The notes under the pieces: model-generated | Told to the model about the DNA's origin: nothing | What the model saw: the letters and a program-made list of their open reading frames with translations, nothing else | Databases searched by the model: none | Position numbers and translations under genes: made by a program | Part shown: positions 10,101 to 19,336 of the stretch, in pieces | Position numbering within the stretch: position 1 is the stretch's first letter | Layout: every line of letters starts with the position of its first letter | Assembly: GCA_039940915.1 (NCBI GenBank) | Contig: JBDVFO010000002.1 | From: Ekhidna sp. | Lineage (GTDB): Bacteria > Bacteroidota > Bacteroidia > Cytophagales > Cyclobacteriaceae | Strand: one strand, 5' to 3' | DNA length: 64,000 nucleotides

Positions 10101-12127
10101 CCTAAATCTGGCGTTATCATCCAGTCTTCTCCAAAGGTGAAGTTGTCGCCATAAATCTCACCGGCTTTGCATCCATTCACCAGGAAGATGGGATACTTTC
10201 CTTTGTTCGTAAATCCAAAAGATGGATTGCTAACCCTTCCAATTTCTATATCGGTGACTGTTCCGCTTGAATGCCCGAAGAATGTGATATACCCAACACC
10301 CTGATTCACACGATCAGTCACATCAACAAATTCCACCGCTTCACCTGTCTCTTTACCCGTATTAAACGCCCGACCTCCTATGAAGTCATTTTCCAACACA
10401 TTGGTAAAGCCCTGAACAATACCAATGAAGTTTGAAATCTCAGACTGATTGATCCCTCCACTCAGTTGCAGAAAATCTTTCCTAAATAAATCATTAAATG
10501 GGAGGGCCTCCATTTCCACGATCTTATTCAGATAAGCTGTTACGTCTGCAGGAACGAATGCATTCAGTCTTCCAATAGCAATTGCAGGCACCTCAGGATC
10601 GGATCCTATACCCAACGTATAGACCAAGTCACTTCCTGGGAAACCATAGGTAGGAATGTTTACTCCAGCCTGGGTTCCCCGATAATAATCGAAATTGTTA
10701 GTGAATCCTTTTCCTATAATAAAGACATTTTCAACAGGGTTTTGATTATTGGCATCTACAATGAAGTTTTTGACTGCCAAAGGAGAAGGATCCCCGTAAC
10801 TATACAGGTTGAATAAATCATCAATATTGGCAACTTGTACACGATGACCCCCACCAGCTGACGACTCTCTATAGTTTTCATATGCTGCTACAGGATCACC
10901 GGAGGCTCGAAGATCAGCGTGCGTAACCATTAGATAATTTTTATCTGTCAGAACATAATTTGGCAAACTCACAGACTCAATTGAGGCGACACCTTCTGTA
11001 TTTGTGACTGCTAGTACTTTGTGGCCATCGGTCACACCAGGTATCACAACCTCCACTCGATCGCTGAAATTGGTAGTAGAAATTCTTATGGCATTAACAG
11101 GATCAGTAATGTCAAATACGCGTGTACCAACCGCATTGGTCGTAGGGATTTGCATCCAGGCTTTAACATCTGCTGGATTGTCCAGCGTAAATACTTTGTT
11201 TTCACTTGCTCCCAGCTGAATCGTTTGTGGGTATTTCAATCTTAAATATGCGACAGAAATACGTTCGAATGCATCTGGAAATCCTTCGGCTGTGATTCTG
11301 GCAACAAATTCTCCAGAGGTTCCAACGCTTGCACTACTAAACGAACTCGAATAAAGCTCTTTTCCCCATCCGCTAAATGAGACATTTGCTAACAGACCTA
11401 AAGAACTTGTGCTGGAACCAACACGAATAGCAACGTTGTGATTTAAGCTATTTCCGCCAACGATTACACTCTCCAATACCGGGTCGATGCTCGATGATTC
11501 AAAATCAACCAGCGAAAACTCAAAGTCCTTGAATGCGTTCTTTGTCTGAAATCCTCCAGTCCATCCTTCTCCATCATCATACTTGCTTAAGCTAAATGCA
11601 GCGCCTGATCCAAACTTTCTTCCAGGTGCATAATTAGAAGTAAACAATTGGATCGTATCCGCAATGTGATAGGCTTCAGGTGTTAGCCCACTCGCATTCC
11701 TATCCGAAGAAAAGACCATCCGCTTACCGCTTTCGTTCCCCAATTTGTAGGTGAGGAAATAGCTAGCCGTATCAGAAAATAAATTGTAAAATGTATGCGG
11801 TTGATCACCCGCATCGTAAAGCGTTGCATCACTTGTTCCATCATTTCTGAGTCCGTAAAACTCAAAATAGTTAAGCGTGCCATCCCCATTTGTATTGACA
11901 TTCAATGCTACCTCTTGTCCCTTTCTAAACAGCTGAACTCGATTTGCAGGTACACTTGCTATTGGAAACCCTGCAGCAAAAAGTTGATCCTGACTAACCC
12001 GATAAAAGCCATCTTCTGCAATTTTTATCTTAAAATACGATTGCGTGAAATCGATCCATTCATTCCCCACTTGTCCTAAAGCAGCAGTGCCAATTAAAAA
12101 CAATATCGCTATCAACCTAATTCTCAT
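7160..12127 (-). CDS. C25 (gingipain-family) peptidase, PorU2-like T9SS sortase paralog
   Basis: Signal peptide ending ALG-Q. C25 core with FFGHS and NGCKAG (His/Cys dyad), a CARDB-like repeat, and a C-terminal YPYPNPF...ILTVSGRVVREI T9SS sorting domain. Confidence 0.85.
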   Translation of the reverse strand: MRIRLIAILFLIGTAALGQVGNEWIDFTQSYFKIKIAEDGFYRVSQDQLFAAGFPIASVPANRVQLFRKGQEVALNVNTNGDGTLNYFEFYGLRNDGTSDATLYDAGDQPHTFYNLFSDTASYFLTYKLGNESGKRMVFSSDRNASGLTPEAYHIADTIQLFTSNYAPGRKFGSGAAFSLSKYDDGEGWTGGFQTKNAFKDFEFSLVDFESSSIDPVLESVIVGGNSLNHNVAIRVGSSTSSLGLLANVSFSGWGKELYSSSFSSASVGTSGEFVARITAEGFPDAFERISVAYLRLKYPQTIQLGASENKVFTLDNPADVKAWMQIPTTNAVGTRVFDITDPVNAIRISTTNFSDRVEVVIPGVTDGHKVLAVTNTEGVASIESVSLPNYVLTDKNYLMVTHADLRASGDPVAAYENYRESSAGGGHRVQVANIDDLFNLYSYGDPSPLAVKNFIVDANNQNPVENVFIIGKGFTNNFDYYRGTQAGVNIPTYGFPGSDLVYTLGIGSDPEVPAIAIGRLNAFVPADVTAYLNKIVEMEALPFNDLFRKDFLQLSGGINQSEISNFIGIVQGFTNVLENDFIGGRAFNTGKETGEAVEFVDVTDRVNQGVGYITFFGHSSGTVTDIEIGRVSNPSFGFTNKGKYPIFLVNGCKAGEIYGDNFTFGEDWMITPDLGAIGFIAHSDVALSTTLKRWSDLFYGLGFGDETFINESIGNVMLEVSRRYISQFGTSDINLTQVHQMTLQGDPAYRVFGATLPDYQIDESFLSASAIGADQILASQDSFLIDVVVKNFGRTVSDSLVVQINRTYPDGGQEVYTREFVRPLRQDTLAFHIPIDPTQNNDGLNLFNVILDPANVTAELDETNNSATLEVSIFSGNTVNLFPLDNGTLSSPQVEFMWQSSNLLEDARSYMLEIDTEPDFSGSNNREFTVSAEVIATQVFDFTTLALPDSSTVYWRTRYTNPEPDETNEWVNSSFTLINTIGEGWGQYDPEQMEREITTGVQYNQLTNNWEFISNATPIDIFTFGVDNPTFTASDMRAVIGGLDFFVTSNTIDPNCEANTFNAIAFDKESGDPYRPIQTTDLDVFNREVCGRLPQRIYQFREVDMIGSERRLQEMVDNMRDGDLIVMFNIGNVDYSNWDAEVRATLNSLGVSTTTINALTDGQPVVFFGKKGDAPGAATTIVNNGSATPVREQSIDFQDDVIGRFVSGELRSRRIGPARSWDDFSYRVTEEINDNIAIDVFGVDKDGNLSTLASRARSETIDIASVDPLLFPEIELSFSFNDETDQTPPQLNFWEVNYEYPAEGIILPAIKSVTSVLEGDQISREFYFYNISSVNFSDSLSVMASMINQNSGTISESSFKIAPPIAGDTTVFTVEFPSFNLDGNNSLIVEVLSDENEIYESNNRLTLPNVINVQADETNPILDVTFDGYHILDGDVVSPNPNIIVKMRDDNPFVSKTDTLGINLSLKLPGEGSQFERINFSDPRLTYSLATESQDFQVEYQPGPLTDGIYAIQVQAEDEAGNAAGAEPFEITFEVISESTITHFYPYPNPFSTRCRFVFTLTGSEIPDQIKIQILTVSGRVVREITQDELGPIRIGNNISNYAWDGRDEFGDQLANGVYFYKVFVNSNGSAMVQKSTSADRAFKNGFGKLYILR

Positions 12128-13211
12128 TATTGAAATCGACTTTTACTGAAAAAACATGTGAAAAAAGTCCGGGAGCGAGATCCCCAATATCTGTAAGTGC
12201 ATAATCGATGGTCAACTCGTTGATCTTAAACCCGAGTCCCAGATTTGGCTGAAACGTCCAAGAAGTGGTTCCATCAAAATCTTTAATCTGCTGAAATTGA
12301 TTAGCTCCAAGTCTTAGAAAAGCAAGTTTCTTATAATCAAACTCTACACCCGCTTTTGGGTCGATGGAAATCAAACTTGATTTAATGAGTGTATTTCTTT
12401 CTCCATCAAAGGTCATATCTAAATCGATGGATGCCATGACTCCAAATTTATCTGTAATGGTGAATGCTCTGGAGCCTCCTAGTATCAATCTGGGCAGTGT
12501 TACCTCTACAGAGTTGAGTGGTACATCATTACCGGTCAACGCATATACTTCTTCAACTTCGTCGGTATTATGAGACCATGCATTGAAAGTTCCCAGCATG
12601 TCTCTCGCCACCAGGCCAATTTTCCACTGATTAATTTGCTTTTGAGCTCCAAGGTCAAATCCGAAACCCCATGCTTTGGAAAAACTACCCACAGTCCGGT
12701 GAATTACTTTAAGGTTACCACCTGCGTCTATTCCACCAAGAAAAGGGAGCTTTCGCGCATATGAAATAAGAAATGCATAATCTGCTGAAGAAAAGAATTG
12801 GATGTTATCGTAATTGATTGAGCCATTGACATCAACTAAAAAACGAGTGTCCGGAATGTCGTCTACGGCAAAACGAATAAGTGATATAGCAATCTTGCTC
12901 TCATCATCTACAGACGTAGCGAAAGCAGCATAATCATAGTTTGCAAGCCCTCCGAAATAAGATGAGTGCATCAGGGAAAGTTGATGATCTGACGCTAGTT
13001 TATTAAGACCAGCAGGGTTCCAGTACCCTGCAGTCACATCATCTACGAAAGACACTGCTGTAAAGCCCATCCCAAACGAGCGGGCACTCACGCCAATATT
13101 CATAAATTCATTGCTGTACTTAGGAGTAGCATCGCCAGAAGCAGACTCGTCTTGAGCCGATAAAACGCCACAAACTCCAAACACCAGAATGCCAACTATT
13201 AAATATTTCAT
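12117..13211 (-). CDS. PorV-family outer-membrane beta-barrel (PorV2-like)
   Basis: KYSNEFMNIGVSARSFGMG...AGYWNPAGL, typical of the PorV family. The start is probably MKYLIV (ATG at 13211) rather than the upstream track start. Overlaps PorU2 by 11 bp. Confidence 0.82.
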   Translation of the reverse strand: MKYLIVGILVFGVCGVLSAQDESASGDATPKYSNEFMNIGVSARSFGMGFTAVSFVDDVTAGYWNPAGLNKLASDHQLSLMHSSYFGGLANYDYAAFATSVDDESKIAISLIRFAVDDIPDTRFLVDVNGSINYDNIQFFSSADYAFLISYARKLPFLGGIDAGGNLKVIHRTVGSFSKAWGFGFDLGAQKQINQWKIGLVARDMLGTFNAWSHNTDEVEEVYALTGNDVPLNSVEVTLPRLILGGSRAFTITDKFGVMASIDLDMTFDGERNTLIKSSLISIDPKAGVEFDYKKLAFLRLGANQFQQIKDFDGTTSWTFQPNLGLGFKINELTIDYALTDIGDLAPGLFSHVFSVKVDFNNEN

Positions 13212-13391
13212 ATAGAATAAATCCATTGGCAAGTTAGCCATTGGGCAATGATTCGCACCCCATATATTCGTTGAATAGTGCCATAAATACGACAATACTC
13301 ACATTAAGTATACGCTGCAATTATATAATTATTTCAATTAATCATATAATAATATTAAGAATATTAAGCAATCAGTACAATTTTTCCTAAA

Positions 13392-13412
13392 GTACTTGGC
13401 CATACAAAGTAC
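13392..13412. promoter_or_regulatory. Inverted repeat GTACTT-N9-AAGTAC, candidate PadR operator
   Basis: Perfect 6-bp inverted repeat about 70 bp upstream of the padR start. Confidence 0.5.
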
Positions 13413-13480
13413 CTTTACGTATATAGCACCGAAACCTACCCATGTATAATGAAAAGTTTGATTCGAAATGAGCACGACTT

Positions 13481-13825
13481 ATGAATATTGAAAACACACA
13501 AGTTCAAATGAGAAAGGGGATTCTGGAGTTTTGCATTCTGCACATCATTGCCAGAGGTGAAGTATACGCTTCAGACATGTTGGAAGAGCTAACCTCCGCA
13601 AAAATCATGGTGGTAGAAGGCACACTATACCCACTCTTAACCCGCCTAAGAAAGGCAGGTTTGGTAGATTACAAATGGGTAGAGTCTAATTCTGGTCCTC
13701 CACGGAAATATTACACACTCACGAAGGATGGTAGTAATTTCCTGGGAGGGTTAGATCAGACATGGGCTGAGTTGGTCGGTTCCACCAAAAAAATCATCGC
13801 TAATAAAAACACAAAGAAGAAATGA
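13481..13825 (+). CDS. PadR-family transcriptional regulator
   Basis: QMRKGILE...EGTLYPLLTRL...GPPRKYYTLT winged-HTH pattern. Confidence 0.93.
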   Translation: MNIENTQVQMRKGILEFCILHIIARGEVYASDMLEELTSAKIMVVEGTLYPLLTRLRKAGLVDYKWVESNSGPPRKYYTLTKDGSNFLGGLDQTWAELVGSTKKIIANKNTKKK

Positions 13826-13877
13826 AATGAGTCGTACGGAGAATACCCATATGACCATAACATAAAAAGACACACAC

Positions 13878-16331
13878 ATGAAAAAGAATATAAGTATCAA
13901 CATTGGCGGTATCATATTCCACATCGAAGAAGATGGATATGAAAAACTGAAAAATTACCTCGATTCGGTCAATAAATACTTTTCCTCTTTTGAAGACAGC
14001 AAGGAAATCATTGCAGATATAGAAGGAAGAATTGCCGAAATATTCCTCTCAAAGCTCGATGAAGGCAAGCAAATCATTAATCCTGAAGATGTAAATGACC
14101 TCATAGCCACGATGGGGACTACCAAAGATTTTGAGGCTTCCATCGAAATTGAACCTGCTGAAGAAAAGCCAGAAGAAGTAAACGAAAAACAAGAAACTGA
14201 AACTCCGAAAGGAGAAACACAAGAAGAGTCAAAAAGCTCGTATGAAAAAGCGAAGCGTTTGTACCGGGATTCTAAGCGCAAAGTGATTGGCGGAGTTGCC
14301 TCCGGTATCGCCAACTACTTTGGCATTGATCCTATCTGGATTCGCTTGATTATGCTTGCCTTCCTATTCAACATTCTTTTCTGGGGACTTAGTGGGTTCA
14401 TTTTCTTGACATACATCATTTTGTGGATAGCCATACCTGCAAGTGATAAACTGGATGACGATAAAGCAATCAAAAAGCTCTTTAGAAGCATAGATGATCG
14501 GGTATTGGGTGGAGTCTCTGGTGGCATTGCCTCCTACTTTGGTACTGACCCTGTAGTCATCCGTGTATTATTTGTGCTCTCGATCTTCTTGGGCGGTGCT
14601 GGTCTATTGGTTTACTTAATCCTTTGGATCATTACACCTGAGGCCAAGTCCATTACCGAGAAAATGCAAATGCAGGGTGAACCTGTGACGATATCTAACA
14701 TTGAGGAAAATCTGAAAAAGAACCTCAATGTGAACGAAGGAGAAGAGAATGTTTTTGTGAAAATTCTTCTTTTCCCATTCAGACTCATTGCGATGGTTTT
14801 CAAGGCTCTTGGAGAAGTATTGGGTCCTCTATTGAGATTCAGTGTTGAAGCACTCCGCATATTGGTTGGTGTATTCCTTGTATTCTTAGGCTTTGTACTC
14901 ATGATCGCCTTTACCATAACCTTGGCCGTATTACTGGGCGTTGGTGGTACCATGGATGCTTGGGTTCATTTTGGAGACTTACCGGTGCAGGAGTTTTTCG
15001 GCTCAATGAGCACTGTTGCAATAATTTCTGCATACGTCACTTCCATGATTCCATCGCTAGCCGTTCTTATGCTTGGCTTGGTGATCATCTTGAAGAAGAA
15101 GGTAGCCAGTGCGTTCATCGCCTGGAGTTTGTTTGGCTTATGGTTACTCGGGATGATCGGCCTGGCAGTTTCTGTGCCTACCATTATCAGGGACTATAGC
15201 GCCGAAGGTACCTACAAGGAAGAACGCACATTTGCGGTGAATGAAGGAATAACAGAATTGAAGCTGAAAGATCTGGATTGGGAAAAATATAACAGCGTGG
15301 ACTTGAAAATTCGTGGACACGAGGACTCAGCACGGTTTCTTTTAGAAATGAGTTTCGACGCACGTGGTTACTCTCGCTCCAATGCCAGAGAAAATGGAGA
15401 AGCAGTGGATTATGTTGTCACCAAGGAAGGAAACACGTTCTATTTTGATTCTGAGATCACCTTCGGAGATGCTCCGTTTCGATTTCAAGAAGTTTCTGCC
15501 ACATTCTATGTGCCTTATGGCAAGACCTTTCGAATGGATCGTGACTTGAGAAAAATCCTGAGAAACACGCTATGGATTCATGATTACAATTCCGGCGACC
15601 TTGGCGACAATGATTGGGTATTCGACGAAGGAGGTTTAAAATGCCTCACCTGCGATTATTCCGATACGCGTTCCTACAAAGAAAGAAGTTCGTACGGATC
15701 GGAGACTCAGAATTATCAGTTCAAGGACTTTGATGAAGTTAAACTGGTTTCACTTTTCGATTTCGAGATTATTAAGGACGATGAGTACTCCGTAAGATTG
15801 GAAGGAAAGGACAGCGAACTGAAGGATGTATACCTGAGTCAAAGTGGAGATGAGCTTGAAATTAGGTATGGACGAAATAAAGACTGGTGGAAGAGGCGCA
15901 ATCGACGTGATAAGATCAAGGTATTTATCCGAATGCCTGAATTGGAATACTTAAAAGCGACCGGAGCCTGCGATGGTGAAGTGAGAGGGTTTACCGGCTC
16001 TGATATTGCTTTCGATTTAGAAGGAGCATCTAAAGTCTGGGCTGACATCAACGTTGATTTTCTCCAGGCAGACTTGATTGGTGCTTCCGAACTAGTTCTC
16101 GTTGGTGAAGGCGACGATCTGGAAGTTGATCTTACGGGTGCCTCGGAATTGGATGCATTCAATTTTACTGTCGAAGACGCAGACATAAATGCCATAGGTG
16201 CATCAAGTGCCAAAGTTTATGTAAGAAATGAGCTCGATGCTCAGGCTGCTGGCGCCAGCAAAGTGCGCTATCGAGGGGGTGCAAGAGTTTCAGCCAGTAG
16301 CAATGGGCTGAGCTCAATCAAAAAAGATTAA
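13878..16331 (+). CDS. PspC-domain membrane protein: N-terminal helical domain, two PspC domains, TM bundle, C-terminal DUF2807/GIN-like repeat domain
   Basis: Two RLYR/KLFR...IGGVASGIA.YFG.DP PspC repeats, a hydrophobic middle region, and C-terminal GAS-repeat beta region. Confidence 0.85.
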   Translation: MKKNISINIGGIIFHIEEDGYEKLKNYLDSVNKYFSSFEDSKEIIADIEGRIAEIFLSKLDEGKQIINPEDVNDLIATMGTTKDFEASIEIEPAEEKPEEVNEKQETETPKGETQEESKSSYEKAKRLYRDSKRKVIGGVASGIANYFGIDPIWIRLIMLAFLFNILFWGLSGFIFLTYIILWIAIPASDKLDDDKAIKKLFRSIDDRVLGGVSGGIASYFGTDPVVIRVLFVLSIFLGGAGLLVYLILWIITPEAKSITEKMQMQGEPVTISNIEENLKKNLNVNEGEENVFVKILLFPFRLIAMVFKALGEVLGPLLRFSVEALRILVGVFLVFLGFVLMIAFTITLAVLLGVGGTMDAWVHFGDLPVQEFFGSMSTVAIISAYVTSMIPSLAVLMLGLVIILKKKVASAFIAWSLFGLWLLGMIGLAVSVPTIIRDYSAEGTYKEERTFAVNEGITELKLKDLDWEKYNSVDLKIRGHEDSARFLLEMSFDARGYSRSNARENGEAVDYVVTKEGNTFYFDSEITFGDAPFRFQEVSATFYVPYGKTFRMDRDLRKILRNTLWIHDYNSGDLGDNDWVFDEGGLKCLTCDYSDTRSYKERSSYGSETQNYQFKDFDEVKLVSLFDFEIIKDDEYSVRLEGKDSELKDVYLSQSGDELEIRYGRNKDWWKRRNRRDKIKVFIRMPELEYLKATGACDGEVRGFTGSDIAFDLEGASKVWADINVDFLQADLIGASELVLVGEGDDLEVDLTGASELDAFNFTVEDADINAIGASSAKVYVRNELDAQAAGASKVRYRGGARVSASSNGLSSIKKD

Positions 16332-16386
16332 AGATATCTAACTGGTCCAGGGTCAACTAACGACTCAATCATTTAGGTTTTGGTTT

Positions 16387-16418
16387 CCTCTGCTTTTGGT
16401 CGGGCAGGGGATTTTTTT
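16387..16418 (+). terminator. Intrinsic terminator after the padR-pspC operon
   Basis: CCTCTGC/GCAGGGG stem followed by T7. Confidence 0.65.
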
Positions 16419-16701
16419 ATTGTGGACTTAGTGAATAAGCCATTGGCTTCCCGCCAAACAACGCCTTGGTCTTGGTCCAGGTGTCATCAAAAAAATCGGA
16501 GTGACGATATTTTTCCAAATCTTCCTCGCTCTCCCATTTACTGAACGTATAGTAGACATGGTCCAGCTTGGCGTCTTTGCAAAGCTCCAAATGATGGCAT
16601 CCGGGAAAAGTAGAAATCTTATCTTTTACTGTTTCAAACAATGACAAAAAATCGCTCACCTTTTCTGGGCTAAAATCCATTCGTACAATGCGTATCAACA
16701 T
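16417..16701 (-). CDS. ABM-family (putative quinol) monooxygenase
   Basis: 94 aa ferredoxin-like pattern: FPGC..LEL...FSKWESEEDLEKYRHS. Confidence 0.85.
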   Translation of the reverse strand: MLIRIVRMDFSPEKVSDFLSLFETVKDKISTFPGCHHLELCKDAKLDHVYYTFSKWESEEDLEKYRHSDFFDDTWTKTKALFGGKPMAYSLSPQ

Positions 16702-16703
16702 AT

Positions 16704-17480
16704 CTATCCTGTTGTAAATTCTATAAGTACAGGCGAGTCTGTAGACAGGCCCAAAAGTTCTGAAGCATTTCCTTTATTTATTCCAATCTGCAGCTGTCCT
16801 GAGGAATTGAACAAAACAAAACAATCGCCAGACTCCACATCACTGAAGAAGGAATGCATGTGCTGAAATTGCTCCCTTCCAAATCGAATCGCATACTGCA
16901 CCCCTGCTCCATTGATTTCAACTATTTTGTCAAATTCAGGTTTATTGATATTGGTAATCAAATTACCGTAGTGATCCACAGTGACCACATTCCCGGCAAT
17001 CTCACGTTTGGTTACTTTCAACTGCCGGGCAAAGAGCACTTTCATTTCTTCCTGCGTCTTTCCTAAAGCCGCCAATTTTTTCCCTTCTGCCAAATCCAAC
17101 GCCACCTTCGCCAATACATTTTTAGCAGGAAATGTACAGTTGGAATGTTCCAACTCCACGACCATATCAGGTTGCTTGTTGGAGATCAAACTGAAAATAC
17201 CAGAATCGAATCCGACGAAATAATGACCATCCAGTTCAATGGCAATCAAATTGCATTTTTCATTCATGCTATCGACTGCTACCAGATGCACCGATTCATT
17301 GGGAAACTCCTTATAAACATGCTTGATGACATTGGCCGCATGTGAAATATCATACGGTCGAATGTTGTGCGTAATATCTGCAATGGGCTGACTTGGGGAT
17401 CTGGACAGAATAGCTGCTCTGACTGCTGCCACATAGTGATCTTGTGTTCCAAAGTCAGACATAAATGTGATTACAGCCAT
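16704..17480 (-). CDS. SAM hydrolase / SAM-dependent halogenase family (DUF62), divergent active site
   Basis: ITFMSDFG..D.YV, DITH and VDHYGNLITN motifs. Confidence 0.88.
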   Translation of the reverse strand: MAVITFMSDFGTQDHYVAAVRAAILSRSPSQPIADITHNIRPYDISHAANVIKHVYKEFPNESVHLVAVDSMNEKCNLIAIELDGHYFVGFDSGIFSLISNKQPDMVVELEHSNCTFPAKNVLAKVALDLAEGKKLAALGKTQEEMKVLFARQLKVTKREIAGNVVTVDHYGNLITNINKPEFDKIVEINGAGVQYAIRFGREQFQHMHSFFSDVESGDCFVLFNSSGQLQIGINKGNASELLGLSTDSPVLIEFTTG

Positions 17481-17643
17481 TTGGGGGATTTCCGCTTACA
17501 TTTGTTCTTACAAAGCTATATATTTTACTCACACGGTGAGCTTTTAAACCTATGGGTTTATCTCAAAAAAAATGCTATGAAATTGGAACAATAAATTGCG
17601 TTCCATGAATAATTTACGTTCGAAGTATTAACTGAAATATCGA

Positions 17644-18606
17644 TTGCTAGAAAAAATAATTACACTTGAAAATGTTTCCTTGGTCGACTTCCTTGGAATC
17701 GAGAATCAAAACATCAAAACCATTGCTACGGCCTTCCCCGATAGCCAAATTGTCAGCCGTGGAAATGAGATCAGAATTAAAGGATCGGCACCGCAAATTC
17801 TCAAAATCAATGAAATCCTAAACTCGCTGCTTGGACACTACCATGAATATGGCAAGGTGACTACTGATAACGTGAAGGATTTCGTAGATAATGAGCAAAA
17901 CACCATTGAGGTGGGGCCAAATGCCAGTGCCCTCGTACATGGCACCCGTGGTACACGCATCGTACCTAAGACGGTCAATCAAAAGAAACTAGTAGCTGCT
18001 GTGGAGAAAAATGACCTGGTCTTTGCCATAGGTCCAGCCGGTACCGGAAAGACCTACATCTCTGTGGCACTCGCGGTGCGTGCACTGAAAAACAAAGAAG
18101 TCAAGAAGATCATCATCACACGTCCTGCAGTAGAGGCTGGTGAAAATCTAGGGTTTCTTCCTGGTGATCTGAAAGAAAAGATTGATCCGTACTTGCGACC
18201 CATCTACGATGCGCTCAGCGACATGATACCCGCAGAAAAGCTCAGGTATTATAAGGAAAACGGTGTTGTAGAAATAGCGCCTCTGGCCTATATGCGTGGA
18301 CGTACACTCAATGATGCATACGTGCTGCTGGATGAAGCACAAAACACCACACCGATGCAGATCAAAATGTTTCTGACCCGGATGGGGCCACAGTCCAAGG
18401 TGATCATCACTGGCGATCAGTCACAAATAGACCTTCCCAAAAAGCAGACCTCCGGACTCATCGAAACCATGCGCGTGCTCAAAGAGGTGAAAGGTATTGG
18501 GTTTGTAAACCTGGATGAAAGAGATGTGGTACGACACAAGCTCGTAAAAGCAATCATAAAAGCATACAATAAATATGACTTACAGGGTACTCAAGGCAAC
18601 CAATGA
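17644..18606 (+). CDS. phoH: PhoH-family ATPase
   Basis: GPAGTGKT, RPAVEAGENLGFLPGDL, APLAYMRGRTL and LDEAQN motifs. Confidence 0.95.
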   Translation: MLEKIITLENVSLVDFLGIENQNIKTIATAFPDSQIVSRGNEIRIKGSAPQILKINEILNSLLGHYHEYGKVTTDNVKDFVDNEQNTIEVGPNASALVHGTRGTRIVPKTVNQKKLVAAVEKNDLVFAIGPAGTGKTYISVALAVRALKNKEVKKIIITRPAVEAGENLGFLPGDLKEKIDPYLRPIYDALSDMIPAEKLRYYKENGVVEIAPLAYMRGRTLNDAYVLLDEAQNTTPMQIKMFLTRMGPQSKVIITGDQSQIDLPKKQTSGLIETMRVLKEVKGIGFVNLDERDVVRHKLVKAIIKAYNKYDLQGTQGNQ

Positions 18607-19012
18607 GGAGCTGAAAAAGAAATCCTTTCAGATACGTGAAGAAGTATTTGTAGTGGAGCAGGAAGTGGCTACTGAGGAGGAGTTTGATGAGTTCGAAGAT
18701 GAATCCCATCACTTTGTGGCACTTGATGAAAATGATGCCCCTGTTGGCTCAGCTCGCTGGAGGTACACCGATAAAGGCATAAAGCTGGAGCGCTTCACAG
18801 CTAAGCAAACCATGCGAGGCAAGGGGCTGGGTAGCGCTATCGTGCAAGCGGTACTTGACGACATAGCTGAAAAAGCTAAGCCAGGCACCTGCCTCTACAT
18901 GCACGCACAGCTACCCGCGGTAAATCTCTACCTGAAGTTTGGCTTCCAGACGAAAGGCGACCAGTTTGATGAATGCGGCATCATGCATTACCTGATGTGG
19001 AAGGAGTTGTAG
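18575..19012 (+). CDS. GNAT N-acetyltransferase (ElaA-like)
   Basis: IREEVFVVEQ, RGKGLGSAIV, HAQ...LYLKFGF and ECGIMH motifs. Confidence 0.9.
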   Translation: MTYRVLKATNEELKKKSFQIREEVFVVEQEVATEEEFDEFEDESHHFVALDENDAPVGSARWRYTDKGIKLERFTAKQTMRGKGLGSAIVQAVLDDIAEKAKPGTCLYMHAQLPAVNLYLKFGFQTKGDQFDECGIMHYLMWKEL

Positions 19013-19102
19013 GTTGCTAGATGCTGAAGTTCGGCATGAAAATGATTAGTGCTCTGAATTGGAACATCATCATCTTCAAAGGGACAAACATCCCCAAGCC
19101 TC

Positions 19103-19165
19103 GGTTCGTGTCCCCACAAACCGCACCATTTAACTCATGCTTTAGGGTTTGTGAAGACACAAACC
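19103..19165. repeat. Pair of inverted REP-like palindromes
   Basis: GGTTCGTG-tccc-CACAAACC (19103-19122) and GGTTTGTG-aaga-CACAAACC (19146-19165). Each is a hairpin, and the two are near reverse complements of each other. Confidence 0.6.
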
Positions 19166-19336
19166 ATAGCGAAGGATTTAAAGACGCAGAATTACTAGAA
19201 GGTCACGCCATCCTCAAGGGGGCAAATATCTTATTCTCTCTATAGCAGGCTTGAATCAGGTATACAAATCGTAATCCCGAACCTACATTCTTAATAATTC
19301 TTCATTTACCTGGCTACTACATCCTAGCATGCAAGG

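Noticed and set aside
17644-19012. Apparently higher GC in phoH-GNAT, suggesting horizontal transfer
   Set aside because: Hand counts of a few 60-nt lines gave about 42-57%, versus about 33-43% elsewhere. The sample is too small, the genes are core, and there are no mobility marks.
19021-19245. 74-aa ORF between GNAT and comEC
   Set aside because: It runs through the REP-like palindromes and has no recognisable features; probably non-coding.
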